Assembly: GCA_008690995.1 (NCBI GenBank)
Contig: VRMN01000003.1
Coordinates: forward strand, 62,001-126,000
DNA from: Porphyridium purpureum
Lineage: Eukaryota
Direction of reading: 5' to 3'
Length of the DNA stretch: 64,000 nucleotides
The notes under the pieces are model-generated. The model had not been told where the DNA came from. It saw only the letters and a program-made list of their open reading frames with translations, and made no database searches. Shown here in pieces: positions 18,319 to 29,212 of the stretch; within the stretch, counting starts at the first letter, position 1, and every line of letters begins with the position of its first letter. A program made the translations under genes and the position numbers.

Positions 18319-18327
18319 AAACCCTAG
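18319..18327 (+). promoter_or_regulatory. Telo-box-like motif AAACCCTAG in the RPS29/MetRS divergent promoter
   Basis: Exact AAACCCTA between two translation-machinery genes, the context typical of plant telo-boxes. Confidence 0.5.
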
Positions 18328-18473
18328 ATATAATTGACCGGTGGTAGTTATTATGAGGGTCAAAAGCCTGGTGGTGATGGAGTGGCGAATAAAGGTTAAG
18401 GGGGTTGGGGAAAGGTTTGGGTGTGGACTGACGTCGTTGGTCCGCAGTTGTTGGTGAGTGGGAGGAAGTGGAG

Positions 18474-20798
18474 ATGGCTGGGGATACCGCGGCGCCGCGC
18501 GTGAAGGCCGGCGAGCGGAATGTTCTTGTCACGTCGGCGTTGCCGTACGTGAATAATGTACCGCACCTGGGGAACCTTATTGGCGCCGTGTTGTCCGCCG
18601 ACGTGTATGCGCGGTACCTGCGGCAGCGCGGCGTGAATTGCGTGTACGTGTGTGGTACAGACGAGTACGGCACGGCCACGGAGACAAAGGCGCAGCAGGA
18701 GGGTGTCATGCCGAGCGAGATCTGTGATCATTACTTCAAAATCCATTCGGAGATTTACGAATGGTTCGATATCTCGTTTGATCACTTTGGGAGGACGTCC
18801 AAGCCGTACCAAACACAAATCGTGCAGGATATCTTTCGACAGGTGAACGAGAAGGGTATGATCCAGAAGGGTGAACTCGAGCAGTTGTTTTGCGAAAGGG
18901 ACAAGCGCTTTCTGGCGGATCGGTTCGTGCGAGGGACGTGCCCACAATGCACCTACGAGGATGCGCGAGGCGACCAGTGCGAGCATTGCGGACGCATGCT
19001 GAACCCAAGTGAACTTATCCGGCCAAAATGTTCTACGTGCGGGTCTGAGCCTGTCTCGCGCACCTCCAAGCACCTCTTTCTTGATCTGACGACTATTCAA
19101 AGCAGGCTCGAACGGTGGGTGGAGGAGACGTCCAAACGCGGCGACTGGAACTCGAATTGTATTGCGATGACGCAGTCGTGGCTACGTGACGGTCTGAAGC
19201 CGCGCTGCATCACGCGCGACCTGAAGTGGGGTGTGCCGGTGCCACTCGAAGGATACACGGACAAAGTGTTTTACGTCTGGTTCGACGCACCCATCGGATA
19301 CATTTCAATAACTGCCGAGCTTATGCCAGAGCACTGGAAGGAGTGGTGGCAGAACCCGCGAAATGTCGAGCTCGTTCAGTTTATGGGCAAGGATAATGTG
19401 CCATTCCACACCATCGTTTTTCCTTCCGCGCTTCTTGCCACAGAACAGGAATGGACCATGGTACATCATTTGTCCACCACTGAGTACCTGAATTATGAGA
19501 GCGGTAAATTTAGTAAGAGCAAAGGCGTGGGTGTGTTTGGGAACGACGCGAAAAACACGGGTATCGGCGTGGAGGTGTGGCGATACTACCTGATGTCCAA
19601 CCGACCCGAGGGCGCTGACTCTGTTTTCCTGTGGAGCGATTTTCAGGCTAAGAACAATACGGAGCTTCTCAACAACGTGGGCAACTTTTGTAATCGCGCG
19701 ATTACCTTTGTGAGCAAGTTTTTTGACGGCGAGATAAGTGCCGTGAGCTTGAGTTCAGAGGACGAGCGCTTTCTTGAGCAGGTGAACGAGGCATTGAACG
19801 CGTACATCAAGGCATTCGACAAAGTTCAGCTGAAGAGCGCGCTAAGGCACGCAATGACGTTGTCGAGCCACGCGAATACCTACATGCAGCACAACGAGCC
19901 TTGGAAGCATGTCAAGGTGGACAAACCTCGAGCAGCGTCTGTGGTGTCTCTGTCTTGCAATGTGGTGCTGCTTTTGAATGCCTTGCTAGAGCCCTTCCTT
20001 GGCACGCGTTTCTCGAACAAGGTACTCGGGATGTTGGGGCTCAGTCGTGACGCGCGGTATACGCGTATCCCAGACACCTTCAGCCTCATGCTGGAGACCG
20101 GCCACAAGATTGGCAGTCCGGAACTTTTATTCAGCACCATTGACGACAAGACTGTCGCTGCACTGAAACTCAAATTTGCCGGTGCGCAGGATGACTCGAC
20201 GCGCATCGGTCATCTCAATATTACCGACGCCGGCAGTGTCGGTGCAGCAGCAGCTGCTGCCGCCGCGAACGCCGAAGGTGCATTTCAATTGGATTTGCGC
20301 GTAGGTCGCATTGTGGAGGTTCGCGAAAGCGCGGACTCCGACAAACTGTACGTCGGTAAAGTGGACGTGGGTGAAGGCGAGAGTGGCGGGGCCAATGCCG
20401 CGCGAAATTTTGTGGCGGGACTTCGTGATTTGTACAAGTTAGAAGAATTGCAAGGTCGGACTGTCGTGGTCGTGTGTAACTTGCAACCGGTGCAGCTTGG
20501 CGGTATTGAGAGCCAAGCGATGCTTTTGACCGCGGAGAAGAAAAAATCGTGCGTTCTTCTCGAAGTGGCTCCAGAATGCAAACCGGGCGATCAGGTCGCA
20601 ACAATGGCGGTCCCGTATGTGCGGAGCGCTCTGCTCTTGGATCGAAAGGGATTTCAGAATGCGAGCAAGCCCTTTAGGGTCGGCGCGAGCGGAAAGGTTT
20701 TCTTTCAGAAGGAGTTCGAGCTCGGTGTGCTCGGTGCGGACGGTGCGTTCTATCCGATATCAGCGGGCGACGTCGGCGAAGGCGGCAAACTCAAGTAG
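18474..20798 (+). CDS. MARS1: Cytosolic methionyl-tRNA synthetase with a C-terminal EMAP II-like tRNA-binding domain
   Basis: TSALPYVNNVPHLGN, CGTDEYGT, zinc knuckles, YVWFDA, FMGKDN, KFSKS; C-terminal LDLRVGRI...SQAMLL. Confidence 0.97.
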   Translation: MAGDTAAPRVKAGERNVLVTSALPYVNNVPHLGNLIGAVLSADVYARYLRQRGVNCVYVCGTDEYGTATETKAQQEGVMPSEICDHYFKIHSEIYEWFDISFDHFGRTSKPYQTQIVQDIFRQVNEKGMIQKGELEQLFCERDKRFLADRFVRGTCPQCTYEDARGDQCEHCGRMLNPSELIRPKCSTCGSEPVSRTSKHLFLDLTTIQSRLERWVEETSKRGDWNSNCIAMTQSWLRDGLKPRCITRDLKWGVPVPLEGYTDKVFYVWFDAPIGYISITAELMPEHWKEWWQNPRNVELVQFMGKDNVPFHTIVFPSALLATEQEWTMVHHLSTTEYLNYESGKFSKSKGVGVFGNDAKNTGIGVEVWRYYLMSNRPEGADSVFLWSDFQAKNNTELLNNVGNFCNRAITFVSKFFDGEISAVSLSSEDERFLEQVNEALNAYIKAFDKVQLKSALRHAMTLSSHANTYMQHNEPWKHVKVDKPRAASVVSLSCNVVLLLNALLEPFLGTRFSNKVLGMLGLSRDARYTRIPDTFSLMLETGHKIGSPELLFSTIDDKTVAALKLKFAGAQDDSTRIGHLNITDAGSVGAAAAAAAANAEGAFQLDLRVGRIVEVRESADSDKLYVGKVDVGEGESGGANAARNFVAGLRDLYKLEELQGRTVVVVCNLQPVQLGGIESQAMLLTAEKKKSCVLLEVAPECKPGDQVATMAVPYVRSALLLDRKGFQNASKPFRVGASGKVFFQKEFELGVLGADGAFYPISAGDVGEGGKLK

Positions 20799-20900
20799 AA
20801 GAAGAATGAATAAAATAAAAAATTCCGCCCAGCGGGTTTCTTTTCTTCTTCTTAAACACGTAATACCCACTGGATTTCCGTTGTTGTGCAGCACGCGGCG

Positions 20901-21839
20901 CTATGCGTCGAGGTTCGGTGCGGACGGCCCACTCGGTTCCTCGAAAAGCGTAGTTTTACCCTGGGGGCCCACGCACGTATGACGACCGTTTTGCGGGCCG
21001 TACGGCAGCGGCTTACCTTCCTGGAACGACTTCAAGACTTTCACTGTCGATTCAGGCGTCAGGTCTTCGTAAAAATCATCGTTGATCTGGACCATGGGTG
21101 CGTTGACGCAAGCCCCAAGGCACTCCACCTCCATAAGATGGAAAAGGCCGTCTGGCGTATCGCCTCCCACTTTGATTCCCAGGTACTCTTCACAAGCTTT
21201 GAGCACTTCGTAGCCGCCGCGAATCATACATGGCGTCGTAGTGCACACTTGGATGTTGTATTTCCCGATTTTCTCGCGATTATACATGGTGTAGAATGTA
21301 GCCACCTCGTAGACACGCATCGGCGCCATCTCAAGAACGTTTGCAACCTTATTCATGGCAGCCAGGGGAAGCCATCCTCCGCACTGTCTCTGCGCAAGAT
21401 CGAGCGCGGGAATCACGGCTGATGACTTGTAATTGCTTGGATACTTTTTCAGAAGCTCTGCAATCTTTGTGTAATTCTCGTCCGTGAAGTCGAACGGCGT
21501 TTCTTCGGTATTATGCGGCACATCGCGATGCTGATTCATTGCTTCAGCGTACCGCCACGCGGGTGAAGCATGCAAGCCCCGCCTCAAGTGCGTCGGTGCG
21601 CATCCGTTCAGGGCCGACATCGCGCTCGCGGGCTTGTCATCGAGTGCGCGCGCCAGCAAGCACGACACGCCCCGACCCCGTGAAGCGGGTGCGGACATGG
21701 CCGGCGAGACAGACGCTGCTGCAGTCATCACGGCGCGCCACAAGCCCATCCCGGCGCACGACGTCGCCACGCGCGACCACGCTTTAGCCCCTGCGCCCAT
21801 GGCGGCCGACCTCGCGGCCGCGCTGAGCGCACTCTGCAT
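20901..21839 (-). CDS. NDUFV2: NADH:ubiquinone oxidoreductase 24-kDa subunit, mitochondrial
   Basis: [40 protein letters not shown]; long Ala/Arg/Ser-rich presequence; exact ATG uncertain. Confidence 0.96.
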   Translation of the reverse strand: MQSALSAAARSAAMGAGAKAWSRVATSCAGMGLWRAVMTAAASVSPAMSAPASRGRGVSCLLARALDDKPASAMSALNGCAPTHLRRGLHASPAWRYAEAMNQHRDVPHNTEETPFDFTDENYTKIAELLKKYPSNYKSSAVIPALDLAQRQCGGWLPLAAMNKVANVLEMAPMRVYEVATFYTMYNREKIGKYNIQVCTTTPCMIRGGYEVLKACEEYLGIKVGGDTPDGLFHLMEVECLGACVNAPMVQINDDFYEDLTPESTVKVLKSFQEGKPLPYGPQNGRHTCVGPQGKTTLFEEPSGPSAPNLDA

Positions 21840-22364
21840 TTTGCCGCACGTGTTCCCGCCGCGGTGTACGAAGAGACCGAACGCGCTTGCGTGTATGCCC
21901 GGTCGTGTCCGTGTGTACGTATATGGCGATGCGTCGAGCTGTTCCAGTTCTAGCAAAGTCTGTTCCGTGCGTCCAGCTTGCGCTTCGACACGAGTATTGT
22001 TCGGCGTGCGTGTCTTGCCTTGCACTCTGCGCACTTGGCCACAAGTTTTATGGGACGAGGCCGTTCACAGCGCCTGAAACAATTTCGGCAGTGTACAGTG
22101 TGGCGTGCGCATTTTGCGTGTAACCTGGGTAGATGCGGAGAGGGGGCGATGAGCGAAGGGCAGGGCAGACAGTATCGACAATCTGCATTTTCACAGAATA
22201 CCATGCCACCGCGACATGGGCTCTTCGCCACAGGCACGCAAACAAGGAGACCGAAGGATACGCCATGCACATGAAGGTCAACACGCTACAACACACACAA
22301 CGCCTTTCGCCAATTTAATTGCTCAGATACGAACCCACACAAAATGCCTCGGTCGCTCAGTCCG

Positions 22365-23978
22365 TCACATGTCTACGGGCACCTCTCCAAGCCGCTCATA
22401 CCATTGTCTAACAGCGTCCCTCCAATTCTCCTTCGTCAAGCGCAAAGAGCGGGCGCGATCTTTCAGATCCACGGCCGTCCGCGTGGAGCGGAACTGATTC
22501 CGGTACTGGTTCAGCATCTGCGCCCACTTTCCATACGCAAGGTTAGGGTCCTCCAGCCCCCGATACAGAGCCTTGTATATGGCATCATCTTCCTCTGGTT
22601 GCCATGGCGTGCGCTTTCGACGCACCGTCGTTGGAGTCCGGCTCGCTGGATCTGCTTCGCCTTCTCCGCTCTCGACTCCGTCAACATCCGCGGGATGAGA
22701 TACAGCCGCCTTCTTCTTTCTCGGAGGCTTTTTCGCAGACGCTTCGGCGTCACCGTCCACACCAGACTCCGCGGCTATGCGTGCTGCTAGCTGAGCTGCA
22801 GCACGCTTTCCGCGCGCGCGAGGCTTTTCGGACTGAATCATGGTCTTCTGCTGCTGCATGGCAACTAAACTGTGATGCAGTTTGTTCGCATTCTCGACCG
22901 CGGCCTCAGCCGTACTCTGCACAACATTCACAGCATGTACGGCCTGCGGGCCGACCGGGTCCAGCGTCTCGACCGGCGGGTCTTCCGGAAACGTCACGCT
23001 GACTCGAACAAGCGCCATAAACACCCGCGACAATGCGCGAAGCTTGCCAATCGCCTCGTAGCACTGCGACAGCAGCGCGGGACTTGACGTGTCACGCACA
23101 TCACCATCTTCGGAGACCGCTGCGCGCAGCGGATTCTTGCTTTTCCATTGAAGCACGTGCCTGCGCAGCTCTTCGTCCTGCTTTGCAGCAGCGAGGACCG
23201 CGTCATGGATGAAGTTAAGCGTCGGTAATTCAAGAAACTCTTGCGGCTGATACATTGAGTCAATGGCGTCGCGCAACACCTTTGCTGGTGCTATGGACTT
23301 TCGAAGTTTCTTGTTATCTTCCACCTTGGCCTCGGTCTGTGCAAGCAGGTACCAGATGCACAGCTTGTTTAGCAGAAGCGGCACGTTTGCCCGCACCTCG
23401 GACTGCATAATGTCCAGGGAATGGAGCTGCTTGCGTGGCAGGGCGTCCAGCAGCGCTCGGAGGTTGTACAGTGTGCCCTGCATGTCGAGCATGAGGCCAG
23501 ACAGCAGCTCCACGAGGGACACATCCTGTCCCTCCAGGAGCACCGGCCCCGCAGCCGGCGGGTCCCGCGGCGCATTCAACAGCTTGGCACGCGTCATATT
23601 CAGGGTCATGTGCGCCGAGCAGGCGCATGCCATCATGAGAATGGCGTCCATGACCGCTCCGAGCGCGGCCTGCTTGACGTCGCCCACGTGCTGCTCTCCG
23701 TCCGGAAACAAGCGCTCCACTGCTTGTGCGACAGCCACCTTCATCGCGCCGACCGCCGCGACGTCGCGCTTTGCGGCGTCCGCCACGGCTACCGGCGCGG
23801 CCTTTGCGCCGCCGCGCGCCGCGCCCGCCTTGGGCATGGCGTTGCTGATCATCTCGCGCTCCTCATCGTAAATTGCCCAGTCGCCGCTCACGCTCTTCGC
23901 CACCCATTCCTTCACCGCGTCATCCTGGAACAACTTCAGCACCTTTACCCACACCTCGTCTGCATGCTCCTTGACCAT
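22365..23978 (-). CDS. Telomere-repeat-binding-like protein with a C-terminal telobox-type Myb domain (TRF/Tbf1-like)
   Basis: RRKRTPWQPEED...YGKWAQML...F..RTAVDLKDRARSL, with an upstream basic NLS-like stretch KKPPRKKK. Confidence 0.7.
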   Translation of the reverse strand: MVKEHADEVWVKVLKLFQDDAVKEWVAKSVSGDWAIYDEEREMISNAMPKAGAARGGAKAAPVAVADAAKRDVAAVGAMKVAVAQAVERLFPDGEQHVGDVKQAALGAVMDAILMMACACSAHMTLNMTRAKLLNAPRDPPAAGPVLLEGQDVSLVELLSGLMLDMQGTLYNLRALLDALPRKQLHSLDIMQSEVRANVPLLLNKLCIWYLLAQTEAKVEDNKKLRKSIAPAKVLRDAIDSMYQPQEFLELPTLNFIHDAVLAAAKQDEELRRHVLQWKSKNPLRAAVSEDGDVRDTSSPALLSQCYEAIGKLRALSRVFMALVRVSVTFPEDPPVETLDPVGPQAVHAVNVVQSTAEAAVENANKLHHSLVAMQQQKTMIQSEKPRARGKRAAAQLAARIAAESGVDGDAEASAKKPPRKKKAAVSHPADVDGVESGEGEADPASRTPTTVRRKRTPWQPEEDDAIYKALYRGLEDPNLAYGKWAQMLNQYRNQFRSTRTAVDLKDRARSLRLTKENWRDAVRQWYERLGEVPVDM

Positions 23979-24763
23979 GCCGGTGGGGCGTCACAAACCC
24001 TTCTTTGTACCTGCCCTTCTTCCCCTGGTTGGACTTCGTGCTATCGTTACCCTTGTTCTACCGCACTCAGACCGCTTGCGACACCGCAAACGCGCGCGTT
24101 CCCCTACCCTGATCGATTCTCGCTCCACCCTCTCTCTCACTTTCACTTTCACACACACACACACCCAAATCCCACTGACTGACCGCATCACCATCGTTGA
24201 ACGGTTTATACTAAAACACACTCATTTTACTAGCACGCTACCACCAAGCCTTCCAAAACCGCGCGCCGCAACACACCGAGACACACACACAAAAAAGCGC
24301 GCGCCCCGCAAGTGTACTTCCCGGTACATGTGAATGAGCACAACACAAGAAACCCTGCAAATAACCCTACGTGGCGGCGCTTGCATTCCCGGCGCAGTTA
24401 GGATTAGGGTTGGGTGGCGCGCCTGGCGTGCTGAACACGATTTGAAAATTTGAACGCTTGGTGATTGGGACGCCATGCACGATGGATGTGAAAGCGCGGC
24501 AGACGGAGCATTCGTGGCACAGATGAGTTTGCCACGCACGGCCTGCAAGTCGAGTCGTCCGCGCGAGGAGTTGTAGCTCGGAAAGGACGGTCGTGGCCAG
24601 GTGCAATCTGGATTCGCCGACAGTCAGGTCGTGTCGACCGCGCGCGCGGGTCCACTTGCTCACTACGCAACACAGGTGACTCGGTCGGCTGGCGAGCGTT
24701 TTGTGACAAGCCTTTCGCGCGTCGGCACAAAGGGATGCATTGTACCCAAATACCTTGTGGGTT

Positions 24764-27700
24764 ATGATGGGGTTCTTCCAAAATTGGGTGCGCGGGCGAG
24801 CTTTGTCTGGACAGGCAAGCTCAAAGGGCAGTGACCTTCACGAACATGTGGGTCCGGTGACGTCAACCGCAGGAGCCACGGGTGCTCCACAGTCGGCACG
24901 TCGACGAGACCCCAATGCGTCGGGTTCGACCACGCACTCTACGACACAGGATCAATCCAGGAAGCAAGAGCCGCCGGTAAAGTCAGAGCAGCAGGCGCAG
25001 CAAGTGCAGCAGCTACTGCCATACACACGCGCGGTGCAATCGCGACGCTCGATCAAAATCGATCATCGCAAGTCGGCGCGTGATACTATACAGACACAAG
25101 ATGCACGGTCCCAGGCGGCTGCGCACGCAGCGGCCTCCCGTGCTAAAAACAACGTCTCTCGGTCAACCGATGCATGTACGCAGGTCGCGAACGAAGCAAC
25201 GCGGCGTCGGATGGGGCCAAAGATTTTAGACACATCAAAAACAGCGGGCGACATGCCGACTCGAGCGCATTCACCAGAGCAACGGGGGGCGCAGCAGAGA
25301 ACTGGAATACAGAGAACCACCCGAAAAGTACGGACGCAGCCCGCACTTACTGAAGACAGCAGTGAGTCTGTGGGAGAAACGGCATGCATTAGCGGGTCTG
25401 CAGAGGTGACCCCCGTCCGCACAGCTCGTAGCACACAGGAACAGGTCGATCAGCTGCTTCACAACATTGCAAACGCTGTCTGTGAGGACGCTCGACAGCG
25501 CAGCAAAGTATGCAAAGAAAATGAACTACGCGTCGTGCTTGCGTATGCGGCTGGAAGCCCGACTGCCGAGGGAGCCGCATCAACTGCAACAACCAAGCAT
25601 GGACATTCAATATCTCCCGCACACGAAGGAACTCACGTCCGTAGCCCAGCATACAGCCAAACCTACAGTAGCTCGAGCAGCAGCGCGGCGACCGAGCACA
25701 GCAGTGGGACGGCCAGCAGTACCACAAGCACCGCGAGCCCTGCCGGGCTCCATCAGCAGCGAGGAACCTGCAGCAGAACAGGAAGCCGCGTGCGTGTTTC
25801 CAAACAGGCACAACGCGATGCGCTTATCATTCTGTCCGAGGTTGCCGCGGTCGAAAGCGGCGAAATTATCGAGCGCCTGCTTCGACTGGGAGCATTGGAC
25901 GTCGCGCTTGATGTAGTCCTTTCATACACAGCAGCGCCGCGTGCAACCACCATTGCACCTGATGAGCTTCGACCTGTCACGATTTGCAGCTCCAAGCCAA
26001 AGGTAGGAGCGACTGCAGGTCTGGACACAGAACCCATTGCTTCATCAGCGCTACCTGCTTGCGGGCCGGATCATGTCGCCATCTGTTGGGCCACTCGTGC
26101 ACTGCGAAATATTACAGCCGGCGCGCGGGCGTGGAGCATTGACCATGCGAGTCGCCCGCTGCACCACCTGGTGAAGCATGGGTGTGTGCCCGTCCTTTGC
26201 CAGCTCATGTGTGGCTCAATGAGTTTTCTGGACGCCGCGTGTGACGCTGCCGCGCTCATCTCGATGATCAGCGCCGACTCCGAGCTCCGTCCTGAGCTTG
26301 CGCGCAGCCATGCGATTGAGGCTCTGTGTCAGCTCGCGCGCAACGCGCCAGACTTTCGTGAAGCACAGCTGCACGTAATCTGCGCCCTCGCAGAAATGTC
26401 CCAGGGCAACACAAGCGGGCCCGGCGTGGCCGAGAGCGAGTGTGCGTACGTGGAGCTGCTCTGCGACCAAGGTGCGCTGGACGCCGCTCTCGGTGCAATT
26501 GGGTGTGCGAGGGATACTCGCACTATCGCAGAAGCGGCACGCATGCTCGGAAATCTGGCCTGTTCAAAGGTCGGAATGGCAACCCTGCAAAGTGCTGGCT
26601 GTGTCATTGGTTTGGCGCAGCGTTTGCCTCGTTGGATGCAATGCGCAGCCCACGCGTTCACAGGAAAGCGCGGGAAGTCAAGGGCTGCAGTGACGCCAGC
26701 GCGAGCGAAAGAACAGCATCCAGCACAATATGCCGACATGTACAGCTGTGCGTGCTCCAACGCGACATACGATCAGGTGGTACCGGCCATGGAGCTAATT
26801 CGCGCCCTTTGCAATGTCTGCATGGAGCCCAACGCAGCCAGCGCTGCAATTCATGCAGGCGCGCCGGCATGTCTGGCACGTCACTTCGAGGACGCCTTGT
26901 TCGCGAACGATCAAGCGCATGCAGAGCAATGCCCCAAAGTGAGCCTGTTCGACGAGGCGCACCGTCTGCTTGTTATCATGGCACGTGCGGGCGCTGCCTC
27001 GCGGGCACATGTCCTAAACGCCGTGAATAGTGCGATCTCAAGCGCACACACCACGGGCCGTGCAACTCGGCTGCTGTACGGCCTACGCGACAGCATCGTG
27101 CAGTACACGGCGCAGGAGTCCCTTCCGCAGCTCAGCGGCGTTAGTTCAATTGAGGCACTCACATACGTGCAGCTTGATTCCGATCCCGCGCTATCGCCGG
27201 ACGAGGCACTGCGACGATCTCTATCAATGGCACAGCGCTCATTCCGACCATCAGGCAGTATGCTTCTGGTAGAAAGACCCTGCGCACTAGATACCGCTGA
27301 CGTACTCGAGGATGAAGCACGCAGACTGCCACGTGCACAAGCTCTGTCGCATGGCATCCACGTGCCAGCGGATCGACTCCTAGCGCACATTCCTGACAAG
27401 GAGAATGTGCGAGGGCGCGTAAATAAGGAAACCACGGCGCGCGAAAAGCAGCCCACTTCGAAAGACCGTCTGGACCGAGACCAATTTGAGCTGGGTCAGA
27501 CGCTCGGGCGGGGCGCCTACGGCACCGTGGTGCTTGCGAAGAATTCGCGCTCGGGCGAGCTCGTGGCGATCAAGCAGTTTCATGACGTCGTGGATCGATC
27601 TGCGCTAAAAGAGCAGCGCATCTGGCGCGAGCTGGATCACTTGAATGTGGTACGGTACCACGGCTTCTTTCTTGGAGACGACAACCGGCTCAGCTTGGTG

Positions 27701-28264
27701 GCCGAGTACGTGGACGGCTGGTCCCTGGCGGAGCACCTCGCGTCTTTCCAGGAATTCAGCGAGCCGCTGGTTGCCGAGATTGTGAAGCAAGTGCTTGATG
27801 GGCTAGCTTACCTGCACGAGCGCGGCATTGTGCATCGCGACCTGAAGCCGGCGAACATTCTGGTCTCCCGAGCTGGCGTGGTGAAAATCACGGATTTCGG
27901 AGTGTCCACATCGCCCTGGCTGGGTTCTCTTGCGACGGGCAACACGATGGTGGGGACTCCGTGGTACCTCGACCCACAAGTGATCCAGGGCAAGCCGTAC
28001 AACAGCTCGGTGGACGTCTTCAGCCTGGGCTGCACGGCGCTGGAACTAGCAACGGGGAGGCGTCCGTTCCACGAGTTCACGTCGATGCAGGTTCTGTTCC
28101 GGATGGTCGAGCACGGGCGCCCGGACATTCCGCAGCATCTATCTGCCGCGTTCCAGTCCTTCCTGCGCGACTGCTGGCACCCCGACATCTCGCAGCGCCC
28201 CAGCGCGACCCATTTACTCGCGCACGCCTTCCTGACGAACTGTACTCAAACCGTTAACAAGTAA
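24764..28264 (+). CDS. Ser/Thr protein kinase (STE group, MAP3K/Cdc15-like) with upstream ARM-like repeats
   Basis: LGRGAYGTV, VAIK, HRDLKPANIL, TDFG, GTPWY, DVFSLGCT; central helical repeats (ALRNIT, MLGNLA, ALCNVC). Confidence 0.9.
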   Translation: MMGFFQNWVRGRALSGQASSKGSDLHEHVGPVTSTAGATGAPQSARRRDPNASGSTTHSTTQDQSRKQEPPVKSEQQAQQVQQLLPYTRAVQSRRSIKIDHRKSARDTIQTQDARSQAAAHAAASRAKNNVSRSTDACTQVANEATRRRMGPKILDTSKTAGDMPTRAHSPEQRGAQQRTGIQRTTRKVRTQPALTEDSSESVGETACISGSAEVTPVRTARSTQEQVDQLLHNIANAVCEDARQRSKVCKENELRVVLAYAAGSPTAEGAASTATTKHGHSISPAHEGTHVRSPAYSQTYSSSSSSAATEHSSGTASSTTSTASPAGLHQQRGTCSRTGSRVRVSKQAQRDALIILSEVAAVESGEIIERLLRLGALDVALDVVLSYTAAPRATTIAPDELRPVTICSSKPKVGATAGLDTEPIASSALPACGPDHVAICWATRALRNITAGARAWSIDHASRPLHHLVKHGCVPVLCQLMCGSMSFLDAACDAAALISMISADSELRPELARSHAIEALCQLARNAPDFREAQLHVICALAEMSQGNTSGPGVAESECAYVELLCDQGALDAALGAIGCARDTRTIAEAARMLGNLACSKVGMATLQSAGCVIGLAQRLPRWMQCAAHAFTGKRGKSRAAVTPARAKEQHPAQYADMYSCACSNATYDQVVPAMELIRALCNVCMEPNAASAAIHAGAPACLARHFEDALFANDQAHAEQCPKVSLFDEAHRLLVIMARAGAASRAHVLNAVNSAISSAHTTGRATRLLYGLRDSIVQYTAQESLPQLSGVSSIEALTYVQLDSDPALSPDEALRRSLSMAQRSFRPSGSMLLVERPCALDTADVLEDEARRLPRAQALSHGIHVPADRLLAHIPDKENVRGRVNKETTAREKQPTSKDRLDRDQFELGQTLGRGAYGTVVLAKNSRSGELVAIKQFHDVVDRSALKEQRIWRELDHLNVVRYHGFFLGDDNRLSLVAEYVDGWSLAEHLASFQEFSEPLVAEIVKQVLDGLAYLHERGIVHRDLKPANILVSRAGVVKITDFGVSTSPWLGSLATGNTMVGTPWYLDPQVIQGKPYNSSVDVFSLGCTALELATGRRPFHEFTSMQVLFRMVEHGRPDIPQHLSAAFQSFLRDCWHPDISQRPSATHLLAHAFLTNCTQTVNK

Positions 28265-28588
28265 CGCCTAGGGTTATCTCGCTCACCAGACAAAAGACAC
28301 CAAATAACGGTTAAAATGTTCAGACGCACACACAAACGGTTAGGGTTTTCTAGGAATTCGGTCACGGAGTCGTTGGGCGTGTGGCGAGGAGGGAAAGGAG
28401 AAGGGAAGAGAGGACGCACGGTGGTGGTGGACGTGCGTGGTGGAAAAGGGGTGCGGTTGTGTTGAGATCAGGAAGTGGTTGCGTTTCGCTTAGAGCGGCG
28501 GGGAGCAGCCGGTATTGCACGGGTGCGTGCGTGATTCTTGTAGATTGGGTGTCTGCGTCGGCATTTGAGCTTGTGTGTTTTTTGCACG

Positions 28589-29143
28589 ATGGCACACGAA
28601 GAGGCGTTGTTTATGAACTGCTGGTTCTTTTGGTTCATGCCGCAGTGCTACGAGTACTGGTGGCAATTGTTCGAGTCAATTTCGCCGTACATGTTTGCGA
28701 CGCTCGGGTGCGCGCTCGCGATTGGCGTCTCGGTGCTGGGCGCCGCGTGGGGGATTTTCATCACCGGCAGCTCGCTGGTCGGCGCCGCAATCAAGGCGCC
28801 CAGGATCCAGTCCAAGAACTTGATCAGCGTCATTTTCTGCGAGGCCGTCGCCATCTACGGAGTCATCATGGCGATCATCATGCAGACCAAGATTGCCGAG
28901 GCCGACGCGACGCCGTCCGCGTTCGCCGGATACGGCCTGTTCGCAACGGGGCTCACCGTTGGATTTGCGAATCTCTTTTGCGGCCTGTGCGTCGGAATCA
29001 CAGGCAGCTCTTGCGCGCTTGCAGACGCGCAAAACCCGGCGCTCTTCGTCAAAATCCTGATTGTTGAAATTTTCGGCTCCGCGCTCGGCCTGTTCGGGGT
29101 GATCGTCGGAATCATCATGGCGGGCAAGTGTAACTTTGCTTAG
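28589..29143 (+). CDS. VMA16: V-type ATPase proteolipid subunit c''
   Basis: [53 protein letters not shown]. Confidence 0.96.
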   Translation: MAHEEALFMNCWFFWFMPQCYEYWWQLFESISPYMFATLGCALAIGVSVLGAAWGIFITGSSLVGAAIKAPRIQSKNLISVIFCEAVAIYGVIMAIIMQTKIAEADATPSAFAGYGLFATGLTVGFANLFCGLCVGITGSSCALADAQNPALFVKILIVEIFGSALGLFGVIVGIIMAGKCNFA

Positions 29144-29212
29144 CTCAACCAAACAAGCACGGGCATAGAACAGGGTCCTGAGGTTGGCTCGAACGTTTTA
29201 TGTAAACGAATC

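Noticed and set aside
18396..19100. Long antisense ORFs over MetRS and other GC3-biased genes
   Set aside because: Shadow ORFs expected from codon bias; no domains.
24388..24460. GGCGCAGTTAGG, a tRNA A-box-like sequence
   Set aside because: No B-box (GTTCGA) or cloverleaf follows; I could not support any tRNA or rRNA gene in the window.
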